Positions 15,003 to 26,619 of a stretch of DNA of 64,000 nt are shown piece by piece. Below the pieces are notes generated by a model. The model was not told the origin of the DNA and made no database searches. It was given only the letters and a program-made list of their open reading frames with translations. Position 1 is the first letter of the stretch; every line of letters starts with the position of its first letter. The translations under genes were made by a program, and so were the position numbers. The stretch comes from Amphiura filiformis (Eukaryota). The DNA lies in assembly GCF_039555335.1 (NCBI RefSeq), contig NC_092647.1, forward strand, positions 18,628,946-18,692,945. The letters run 5' to 3'.

Positions 15003-15066
15003 GGGACCGTGCACAAACACTTGTTAGGGGGGCCTGATGCAACAACAAAAAACAGTCAACGGTCCC
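15003..15066. mobile_element. Micro-MITE, or a solo-TIR deletion derivative, of the PIF/Harbinger-like element that is found full-length at 23909-24151
   Basis: A 40-bp left terminus (gggaccgtgcacaaacacttgttagggggcctgatgcaa) and a 14-bp right terminus (…caacggtccc) are flanked by a perfect 3-bp TAA duplication at 15000-15002 and 15067-15069. Confidence 0.5.
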
Positions 15067-16619
15067 TAATATACAATTTTACTAGGAAGCACAATGATTC
15101 TACCAACAAAATGGTTTCACCAAACTTTTTTGGTTTCTGGTTATGGACAGGCCCAACAAAGATGCCACGCCCCAAGAAAGTCCCTCTGAAAGAAGTGGAC
15201 TTTTGAGGGTAAAACACGGTAAAAATGTTCAAATTAGAAAGAAAAAATTAAAGAAAGGGATCACTTTTGCCTATAATTCAAACCAGTAGTGTAGTATATG
15301 GGTCATCATATGGGGGCACCGGTCCACCGACCATGATTGGGGGCACTGGGCCTGCATGATGTGGGGGGCACAAGCTATTTTTTGACAATTTTTCCAATTA
15401 GATTTTCTATATTTTCAGATCAATTTAGGGAAGCACATACGTGCGCCCCGTGCCCCTATGACGCTACGCCACTGATTCAAAGTAAACCCAAATCGCTCTC
15501 TCCTGTTTCTTTCTATCCCGTCCTCAACTGCTTGCTTCCTTTCTTTTGCTTAATATAATCAGAACACAGACCCTCTCCTCTTTTTCTAGGGTCTGTGATC
15601 AGAACCATTAATACCATTAAACTTGTCACATCATAAATAATCATTATTAAAGTGCTATTTGGGAATTCACCATGAATTGATCTTCCTCCAGGCTAAACTC
15701 CCTGTAGGTTGTAAATCAACAGGTACCAACATGAGCCAGAATTAAATCTATTTTTGGACAAAAATAATTGGTATAATAAATAGGTACCTATACCTGTCTA
15801 TTTTTAATATGATTAAAAAGTTAATATATATTAACCTCTGGTATCAACAAACATAGACCATAGTCTATGCAACAAACAAGGTTTTGTTTGGGAATTTAAA
15901 AGGTCATATGAGGATGTACCTTGAACAAAATACCAGCAGAGGAAGCTAGATGACAAACATGAGAGGAGACATTTTTGCATATGCATGAGATGTACATGTG
16001 AACTGTACAATATAATATCCTGGGGAAATATCAAGGATTTCTGCATGTCCAGACAATTGTTCACTAATTAATGAGGTCAAAGTATGTTAAATTAAGCATA
16101 TAATAATCATTTAACATTCAGGAAGTTTGATATATTATTGAGATAAATAATACTCATAGACTGAAAAATAATTAACTTCTGATATCACTTACAAACATGG
16201 AGACTTATTGGCAAACGAGGAGATAAAAATAATACTTTCCCTTTTTTGCTTACTTTCAATGTAAATTCTGAACATGGGACTTAAAATTTATTTAGGCCTT
16301 TTATATACACCTAGCTACCTGTGGAAGTTTTATTGCCAAAGTTTGAATAAATATGGACTGATTCCAAATATAATTGCAAATTTCTCTTTTCCCTCATCTC
16401 ATTTACTGATTTAGCAATGTTCATATGGTCACAAGTTATTCCAGTACAATTTCTCAATTTCTGATGATTAATTTGGCACTTTTAAGATGCGCCATTTGTC
16501 TACACATTAATGCCGTCTATAATTGCACAGGTACATGATCCATGATAATATTCAAAGAAACAATTAATTTTACAATGATTAAATTACTACTTTATTAAAG
16601 AACATAATTTTGGATCTTT

Positions 16620-16850
16620 TAATGCTCTGCTTGCTAGTCATAGGCTTCAACAAAAATAAGTCCCAAGTTTTGAGATATCTTCTCAAAATATCAAGAGATA
16701 TCTGAAGAATTACCAAACCAATACTAGGCTTGTTTGTACTCATTTTAATGCATTTATGATGCTGATTCCAACTACGGTCATGAAAATTTACAATTTTAAA
16801 CTTTTTGAATTAAAAATAAAAATTGAAACTTGTGGTGTGCAGTTGACACC
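16620..16850 (+). repeat. R3 repeat copy 2
   Basis: ~85% identity to 4680-4909 over its whole length. Confidence 0.6.
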
Positions 16851-17184
16851 TGCATTTCCATGGTATTCCCTTCATCCCTCGCAAACAGATGTGGGGGTCA
16901 ATGACGTCAGAGCTAATGGTTCAGTTTGTAGCCTTTTTCAGTGGAGCATAAAATGCATGAAATGTGAAGCTATCCTTTTATTTTGTGTGTTTTTGCTGTG
17001 GGTGTCTTGGGAGACTGTAGTATATACCCCCATTGGAGAAGTTGAACCTACGCACCATTAAAGGCACATTCAGCAATTTCCTGTACCAGTTTTAAAAAAT
17101 TCACTGATCAAAATTCAGATTGTGCATTTTGGGAACATTCGAAGCATAGATGTGTTACTGAAATGGCCAACCAATTTGGTTAAC

Positions 17185-17364
17185 AGTGGTGGCACCAGGA
17201 TTTTTTTCCAGGTGGGGGGGGGCACAAAGTGAATTTCAGGGGGGGAATTTCTACAAATTTTGTAAAAGTGGAAATTTACGCCATTTGGGGAGGGTTTGCC
17301 TCAAAAGTGGCCGGGGGGGGCAAACTGGGAAAAAATATTGGGGGGCACAAAGCCGCCAGTGCTG
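17185..17364 (-). mobile_element. Family G G-run MITE copy
   Basis: Termini cagtggtggcacc / gccgccagtgctg. The internal segment is the reverse complement of 7620-7700. Confidence 0.5.
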
Positions 17365-20300
17365 ATTAAGACACGATCGGACATCAAAAAGAAGATACAG
17401 AAGAATTATTAGCATTTTTTTGTTCTTTTCACCCCGGGCTTGATCATCAAATTTGGTGCAAAGTATGTTTGGTGTAAACACCGAGCAAACAGGCACAGAG
17501 GATAGCAATTTACACTTGCAGAGGGTTATTTACACCTTATTAGACATGATATATTGTAATCAAATCAGCCTAAATTGCTATAAATCTGTTGGCGGTACAG
17601 TAATATAGACCCAACATTTTAGACAAATTATTTTGCACAGAAAATCTGTGAATGGGCCTTTAAACTTCCTTCCATGGGTTTTGGAGCAAGCCCTTGGTCA
17701 TGGTATAAAACCGAAACTTGAGCTGTTCCAAATCTGGTCTTTCTTCCCAGGGTTCTCTTGTCTGGTGGTATTGGTGGCCTGTCCAACCAGACCTTCACAT
17801 TTAGACTTGTTACAAGTCTTCATGGATGCCATTATTCGGATGGCCTGCTTCTATGAATGGCAGTATCTACACCCTGAGGCAAATCATGTCAACAACAGAA
17901 CTCAGTGGTGGAATTTGTAGTGTGTATTTGATTCCATCTGTTGCTGTTGTATTGTTTAGAGATGTGCAGAAAAAAAAAAACAATACAAAATTTGATGATG
18001 AAGAACGCCGACAAAAAAAATGGTTATAAAAAATGAATAATCTGTGCTTTTTCTAAAAATTTTACAACCATTTTTGTGAAAATGTTGGCCCAAATTTATA
18101 CCAAAAAGCCTGAAAATGCACCCCAAATCTGCTGCATGCAGGGGTCAATGTCATGGTTCTCTTTCTATTGCTCCTAGATACATGTAGGCCTATGTATTAA
18201 ATATACAATGTAGTGAACCAAACATTAGAATTCAATGAACTGTAAATTACAAGCTGCACATTTGCACTTCCCTGGACAAATGGATACAGTATGCTAGCAT
18301 ACCAGTTGCAAGTTGTCAGCGGGGTTGTCAGCCCAAGGAGATAAGAACAATTGGGATGACCTAGCTCGAAATACTCTAGCTAAAATACAGGTTGACATTT
18401 TACTATCTTACGTTATCTTGTATTTCAGCTAGAGCGCCATACTTAGAAAACCCAGGTTTTTCTGAGAACAATTAAAACACGTAATCTTTCATAACTTCAG
18501 TGATGCAACCTCGATGGCCATCATTATTATTCACAATTGAATTGAATGGATACGTGAGTTCCTCACAACAGAAATTAGCATCTCATCATGAATGAGCTGC
18601 CAATCTATAGAGTGTATGCAATAAACCCAAGTGGAACGAGAGTTGCTAAGTAACCGCTACCCGAACCATAAACACATGCATGATCAGACAACAAGTGTTC
18701 AATTTCCCCATAGCTTCCCACGTTGTACACATGTCAGTCGAATTTGGCGGTGTTGGTTTGTTTGTCCTCAAGTTATAGCATTGTTCACTTTGTGTTGAAC
18801 ATTGTCGTGGGCCTCACTGTAATAACTCAAAGATAACTGTGATCATCATTTCAAGAGGTCACTCTCCCGATTAAGCTAAACAACCTATGTGGAGGAATTT
18901 TATGCATGAGCAATCACATCAATGACGTAGTAATGAATACCAGGGCTACGACACTCAGCTCATTTGCATGGCAAAATTACCCGTCTCCTCCACAGCCAAT
19001 TTGGTTTCGCTCCATCGAAATCAAGCTGGTCACGGAGGAGACTATCCTCCTTTGTGTTTGTTCATTTGTGTATGGAGAGCCATTATTGGAGTCTATAATG
19101 ACTTAGGCTACGCTCTCAGCTAGAGTCCGCGCTGCACTGTACTAGAAATACCTTTTCTGTTAAATCGCTATAGAGCCAACCGGGGAACACGTATTCGTTT
19201 TGAAAATATAGCATTAAAATTAGTATCACCCTTGTGGCCCCGTGCAGTGGAAAACCTTAATTCTTTCATTAAAAAGAAATGAAAATAAAAAACAACACGG
19301 GTCTACCTGTGTACCTATAAAATGGGCACAGCAATTTGTCTCAAATATGAGTGAAATTTAAGAAACATACGGGATATGATGAACATTGACCTGGCGCCAT
19401 GATAGCAGGATCTATTAGTCGTTTTATATACAATGTATATACCGTATTGTCATAATACCAATATTTGTCATAATATATAATGAGTAATATTTAGCTAGCG
19501 TAAATGTGCAGTTCATATGCACAAGCGAATACTGATCTTTATGATATTCAGGTTCTTGTACATCGCATACATGTCACATAGGAGGTCATACGTGTTGACC
19601 TTCAGCTATTGTATTTGTTCATCTGTGTATGGAGAGAATTAACGCATCATTAAAACTCCATCAGTATTAGGGCGTAGTTCAGTGAACTCACCGGATTGCT
19701 ATTCCAAGTACTTTGATAATACAGATAATATATATAAATGGGTCGAGCGATTGCATTGAAAAACCTAATAAATTATTCATAACAGTTACGTAATCAATCG
19801 ATAGTGCGGACACTTTTCATTTGCAAACCACCAAAATTAAATGATCTTTTAGCGTTGGAAAAGAAACCACGTGAATAGAGTGCCCTCTCAAGAATAGGTT
19901 CTCTGTGTGAATACCCTCTATAGAATTCACTTTTAGACGGGATGAGCTTGTGTCTGGGATGACCTAGCATTGTAAATGATAATATACAGCTGGGAAATGG
20001 GCATATATTGGCTACAAAGTAAACCTATGCTAAAGGAATTTCAAAACAGTGAAAAAAACAAAGGCCTATTCTTTAACAAACTGGTTTCATGCCGGGGCTT
20101 CTTGTCAGTTGGTTTTGCAAATAAATTAGGCCTACATATCCAATAGAACTGTGTTCGGAGATGTCAACTGCATGCTGCAGTTAGAATTGGAATCTATTCT
20201 TTTTGTTAAATTTCTTAATTATATGAGAAAATGTTTGTTTACAACAAAGAAATCTAGACTACAATACAATAATGGCAGCAGGTAGTAGGCCTATTGGCTG

Positions 20301-23300
20301 TTGGATCCTGGACAAGAGTAACCCTTTGCCTACAGATTTCAGTAATCGGTACAATAAAGATTACCAAAGGAAACTACAAGGTACAAGTTGATTTTAAAGA
20401 TTCGGTCCAAGTCTATCATTATCAGTCCACAAACAGCTGGTCTGTCAATTTAGCCTTGTTGACCATCATCTTCACCGGGGTTGATGTGGCCAATAACAAC
20501 ACAGTGGCCTGTCTCATACCCCAGACATAATGAGAGAAAATAATAAACATACTGAAATCAACTTTTCAGTCCATATTTTTTATGTCTTCAATCTAATTAA
20601 CTTGATTCAGTTGTCACAAAACAGTCATTGACATCAAGCAAATAATGTCAAGGTAAAGTCCCGGGTATAAAGTAGACTGGTTTTTCAATTTTTTTAGTAA
20701 TCATCACTCCCAGAGCCCCCTGTACCTGGGAAGTTCAAAATGTTTTGGCTTTATCAGCAAAGTCTTGGCTGGAAATTAATGTGAACATCTGTTACTTGGG
20801 GTTGTTTATGGTTTAATTTATAACCAATGGTAATAACAGATTTCATTTAATATGTATAATAAAGAAGCAAAATAACATGGGAAAAAGGAACTTTTATATT
20901 GTTTCCTGCACTTTTTATGATCGTAAATCCTGCTTATATTATTATATATGCTTTTGATGATAAAATACAGGTATATTGTTATGTGCAAACATTTGAAGTA
21001 AATCAGGTGGCACCTAACAGACCCATGATATAAACCATGTTTAATACCAATATTTAATTTCATGACAAAGCTGTTTGGTATGATTCTTAAAACATTTGAA
21101 ACTATTTTTTTACACTTCTTTATCTTTAGCCCAATTTTGTTTCCCAACCAAATTTTACTCTTTCATGCCACTGATGTATTGTAATAGTAATAGTAATAGT
21201 ATACAATACTTGCATATTTGTAATGCAAAATATATTTCTAAGGCAATAAATATAATTTATATAATATAAAATAGGGCTGGACATACATGTAATAGAGAAA
21301 ATTACATGTTCAGGTAAAAATCAAGCAAGTTTGGTAGAAATTTTTGGGTGTGGTCCTTATTGGTGGCAGCATAATAGTTTTATGTATGGTGTAGAGTGTA
21401 ATTCAACAGAGTGCGCGAACTGTACAAAAGAGGGCGGTATGTAATAAAAGTCACTGGAAGCTTGCTTCAACCATGCCAAGAGAAGCAACCACAAGTCATG
21501 TTGAGCTGGCACAGTTTATACATAGAGGGCAGCATTTACTGACAATATCTAGTCACTTACAGCAGCAAATCTGCTGATTTGTTGGCCACGCCTACCCTCC
21601 ATGTTCAACTCATGAGGGCAGCAATCATGGAAATAGAGTGATTTGCAGTTTCTTAAGGCCAATTACAATTGATCCTTAGTTTCCTGTTTCCCTCGCGCGT
21701 CCAAAATCAAGAATGGAAAAATATTTAATTATTTTATTTTTATTTAGGTATTTTCATCTTTTAATTGACTTTTTAATTACTTTTATTTGCTAATATCTGT
21801 TTTTGATCATCTCAACTTTGATTACGAATATAAAACAAGAACATTATAGGGTCCCCTACTAATATTAATGTAAAAAATCAATTATAAAGGTAAAATAATT
21901 AAATCCGTAGTCTTAGTCAAAATGACCAAATGGACTGTTGATAATAGTCACGACCACATTTTCAAAATAAAGAAAGTAATAGATAATTAATCATTAATAG
22001 ATAATTAATAATTAATAATTAAAAGTCACCTCGTCCTTTATTTTCAAACTTGAAACAGGAAACTAAGAATTAATTGTGAAGGGCCTAAACCCTAACTTAC
22101 CCAAAAGCCACAAATAGCCACTACCAGTGCAAGTATTCCATGTGATGCGATTGCGTCATAATGCGAAAACACATATGGGCACGGAAAGCTTGGTCGGTCG
22201 TGGGTTAAAAACCGGACCCAAGAAAATTAAAATTCACTTTATCTTCTTCCTTCATTCCTAAGGACACTTGTAACCAGCCTTTTTGAGGCCCCAGCCATTG
22301 CCCCCTTTGTAAGGACTCTTATTACCATCTCTGAGGCTTCAGTCCTTTGCCCTCTAATTAAGGACCCTTATCACCCGCTTTCAGGCCCCAGCCCCTGCCC
22401 TCTCTGTAAACAGCCCCTGTCCCCTCGGTAATGATACTTGCTACCCCCTATGAGGTATCAGCCCTCAATAGGTACTCTTTGAACCCCAACCTTGCCACCC
22501 TCTTTGAGGCACCAGCCACTGCATCCTCAGTAAGGACTTTTACTACCCTCTTTGAGGCCTCAGCCCTTTGCCCCCTCAGTAAGAACCCTTGTCACCCTCT
22601 TTGAGGCCCAGCCCCTTCAGTAAGGACCACTGCCACCCTCTTTGAGGCCCAGCCCCTGTCCCCTCAATAAGGAACCTTGCCACCCTCTTCGAGGCCTCAA
22701 CCCCCTGCTCCATCAGTAAGAACCCTTGTCACCCTCTTTGAGGCCCAAGCTCCTTCAGTAAGGTCCACTGACACCCTCTCTGAGGCCCAGCCCCTGTCCC
22801 CTCAGTAGGGAACCTTGCCACCCTCTTAGAGGCCTTAACCTCTTTACCCCCCCCCCCAGTTGCAACCCTCTGAGGCCCAACCCCCTTAGTAAGAAACCAT
22901 CATCTCTGAGGCCTCAACCCCTTCTCCATCAGTAAGGACCATTGCCACACTCTTTATGGTTCAAACCCTTGCCCCCTCAGTAAGGACCCTTGTCATGCTT
23001 GTTGAGCCCCAGCCACCCTGTCCCCCTTGGTTATGTAGCCGCTTTGAGGCGCCAGCTACTCAGTAAGGACTCTTACTACAATCTTTGAGGCCTCAACCCT
23101 TTGCCCCCTCAGTAAGAACCCTTGTCACCCTCTTTGAGGCTCATCCCCTTCAGTAAGGACCACTGCCACCCTCTTTGAGGCCCAGCCCCTGTCCCCTCAA
23201 TAAGGAACCCAGCCCCTGTCCCCTCAGTAGGGAACCTTGCCACCCTCTTAGAGGCCTTAACCTCTTTACCCCCCCCCCCTGAGTAAGGGCAGTTGCAACC

Positions 23301-23908
23301 CTCTGAGGCCCAACCCCTTAGTAAGAAACCATCATCTCTGAGGCCTCAACCCCTTCTCCATCAGTAAGGACCATTGCCACACTCTTTTAGGTTCAAACCC
23401 TTGCCCCCTCAGTAAGGACCCTTGTCACACTTGTTGAGCCCCAGCCACCCTGTCGCCCTTGGTTACGTAGCCGCTTTGAGGCGCCAGCCACTCAGTAAGG
23501 ACTCTTACTACAATCTTTGAGGCCTCAACCCTTTGCCCCCCTCAGTAAGAACCCTTGTCACCCTCTTTGAGGCTCATCCCCTGCCCCCTCAGTAAGCAGC
23601 CCAGCCCCCTCAGAAAGGACCATTGCCACCTTCTTTTGGGGCCCTAACCCCTTGCTACTCTCTTGAAGCCCTATCCCCCAACCCCCTCAGAAAAGACCAT
23701 TGCCACCTTGAGGCCTCAACCACCCTTCCTACCCTCTTTAGGGACTCTTGCCACATCCCCCAGTTAAGGACCATTACCACCCTCTTTGAGGCCCAAGCCC
23801 TTACTCCCTCAGTAAGGAACCTTGCCACCCTCTTTGAGGCCTCAACCTACAGCCCCCTCAGTAAGGACTGTAGCCACCCTATTTGAGGCCCCAGCCCCTG
23901 CCCCCTTA

Positions 23909-24151
23909 GGGACCATTCACAAACACTTGTAAAGGGGCCTGATGCAAAATGAAAATTCACATTTTTCAGCTCCCCCCCCCTTTGGCCATGAAAAATGAAC
24001 ATCAATCCCATAGAAAATAGTGTGAACTCATGTTCTCTGAGAAAAATTATGGTGATTTTTTAAAGACCCCCCCTTCAGAGGGACAAACATTTTCAGGGCC
24101 CCACCACTTTTTGCATTAGCCCCCCCCATTACAAGTGTTTGTGAACGGTCC
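23909..24151. mobile_element. PIF/Harbinger-like MITE of 243 bp, inserted into the satellite
   Basis: ~40 bp TIRs (gggaccattcacaaacacttgtaaaggggcctgatgcaaa … tttgcattagccccccccattacaagtgtttgtgaacggtcc). Flanking TTA duplication at 23906-23908 and 24152-24154. The satellite unit resumes in register across the insertion. Confidence 0.65.
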
Positions 24152-26535
24152 TTAGTGGGGAACCTTGCCATCATCTTTAAGGTCCCAGCCCCCTTTACTC
24201 CCTCAGTAAGGACCATTGCCACCATCTTTGAGGCCCCACCCACTCAGTAAAGAACCTTGTCACCCTCTTTGAGGTCTCAACCACTTAGGCCTCTGGAAGG
24301 ACTGATGCCACCTACTTGAGGCCCTAGCTCCTGTCCTCTCAGGAAGGACCCTTGCCTCCCACTTTCTTTGGGGCCCCAGGCCCAATGCCTCTCAATTAGG
24401 ACCCCTGTCACCCTCTTTGAGCCCCAGCAACTCTGCCCCCTGAGTTGTCATCCTCTTTGAGGCCTCATCCCCTGTCCCCTCAGTAAACAGCCCTGAGGTC
24501 TCAACCACTTGAGCCTCTGGACGGACTGATGCCACCTACTTGAGGCCCTAGCTCCAGCCCTCTCAGTAAAGACCTTTGCCTCCCACTTTCTTTGAGGCCC
24601 CAGCCCCAATGCCTCTCATTAAGGACCCCTGTCACCCTCTTTGAGCCCCATCAACCACCCTGCCCTCTCAGTTGTCACCCTCTTTGAGGCCTCATCCCCT
24701 GCCCCCTCAGTAAGCAGCCCCTGCCCCCTCAGTAAGGGCCGGCCATTGCCACCTTCTTTGAGGCCTTGACCCAATCAGTAAGAATCACTGCTACCCTCTT
24801 TGAGGCCCTATGCCCTTGCTCCCTCAGTAAAGATCGCTGCCACCATCTTTGAGGCCATTATCTCCCTTTCCTCTTAGTAGGGACTCTTGCCTCCTTCTTT
24901 GAGGCCGCAGCCACCAAGTTAAGGACAATTGCCACCCTCTTTGAGGCCACAGCCCTTGCTCCTTCACCAAGGCATCAACCTCAACCCCTTGCCCCTCAAT
25001 AAGGATCACTGCCACCCTCTTTGAGGCCCCAGCCCCTGTCCCCTCAGTAAGGATCCTTGCCACTCTCTTTGAGACCCCAGCACCTACCCCTTAGTAAGAA
25101 ACCTTGCCATCATCTTTGAGGCCTCAACCCTCTGCCCCCTCAGAAAAGACCATTATCACTCTCTTTTAGGCCCCAGCCCCTGCCCCCTTAGTAAAGAACC
25201 TTGCCATCATCTTTGAGGCCCAGCCCCTTGCTCACACAGTAAGGAATGTTGCCACCCTCGTTAAGGTCCCATCCCACTCAGTAAGGAACCTTGCCACCTT
25301 CTTCGATGCCCCAACCCCTTGTCTCCTCAATAGGGACCATTGCCACCCTTTTAGAGACCCAGCCCCTTCCCCTTAGTAAGAAACCTTGCCATCATCTTTT
25401 GAGGCCTCAACCTCCTGCACCATCATCAGTAAGGATCATTGCCACCCTCTTTTATGCCCCAGCCCCTTGCACCCTCAATAAGGACAGTTGCCATCCTCTT
25501 TGAGGCCCCAGCCCCTCCCTTCAATAAGGACAATTGCCACCCTCTTTGCCCTTGCTCCCTCAGTAAGGACCCTTGCCACCCTCTTTGAGCCCCAGCCACC
25601 CTGTGTCCTTGGTTAAGTAGCCTTGTCACCCTCTTTGAGGCACCAGTCCCTACCCCCTTGTTAAGGACTCTTATTACCATCTTTGAGGCCTCAATCTTTT
25701 GCCCCCTCAGTGAGGATCCTTATCACCAGCTTTCAGGCACCAGCCCCTGCCTCCTCCATCAGCAGCCCCTGTCCCTTCAGTAAGGACTCTTGCTACCCTC
25801 TGAGGCATCAGCCCTCAGTAGGTACCCTTGCTACCCTCTTTGAACCCCAACCACCCTGCCCATTCAGTTATGAGCCTTGTCACCCTCTTTGAGGCACCAG
25901 CCAATACCCCCTCAGTAAGGACTCTTAATGTTATCCTCTTTGAGGCCAAGCCCTTGTCCCCTCAGTAAGGAACATTGCCACCCTCTTAGAGGTCTCAACC
26001 TCTTTCCCCCCTGAGTAAGGGCAATTGCCACCCTCTTTGAGGTCCAACCCCTCAGTAAGAAATCATCATCTTTAACGTCTCACCCCCTGCTCCATCAGTA
26101 AGGACCATTGCCACTCTCTTTTAGGCCCCAGCCCCTTGCCCCCTCAGTAAGGACCCTTGTCACCCATGTTGAGCCCCAGACCCTCAGTTAGGACTCTTAC
26201 TACAATTTTCGAGGCATCTGCCCTTTGCCCCCTCAGTAAGAACCCCTGTCACCCTCTTTGAGGCTCATCCCCTGCCCCCTCAGTAAGCAACCCCAGCCCC
26301 CTAAGGACCATTGCCACCTTCTTTTGGGGCCCTAACCCCTTGCTACCCTCTTTGAGGCCTCTAACCCTCTGCCCCCTCAGTAAAGACCATTGCCACCTTT
26401 AGGCCTCAACCACCCTTGCCACATCCCTCAGTTAAGGACCATTGCCATCCTCTTTGAGGCCCAAGCCCTTGCTCCCTCAGTAAGGAACCTTGTCAACCTC
26501 TTTGAGGCCTCAACCTACTGCCCCCCTCAGTAAGG

Positions 26536-26619
26536 CTCCCTTCAGAGGAATAAAATTTTTCAGGGCCCGCCCCTTTTTGCATTAGCCCCCCTCCATTACA
26601 AGTGTTTGTGAATACTGCC
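26536..26619. mobile_element. 5'-truncated copy (3' 84 bp) of the same MITE, in the homologous position of the duplicated satellite block
   Basis: It matches 24068-24151 and is followed by the same satellite flank (ttagtgNggaaccttgccatc…). Confidence 0.55.

Noticed and set aside
17633-17920. 95-aa plus-strand ORF (…GHGIKPKLELFQIWSFFPGFSCLVVLVACPTRPSHLDLL…)
   Set aside because: It has no recognisable domain and no splice context. It is flanked by G-run MITE sequence. It could be a decayed transposase fragment, but I cannot support any assignment.
20294-20530. 78-aa ORF followed closely by AATAAA
   Set aside because: The ORF-track start is a TTG, not ATG, and there is no in-frame ATG. It has no acceptor context and no similarity I can recognise. 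It is probably a chance open frame in AT-rich DNA.
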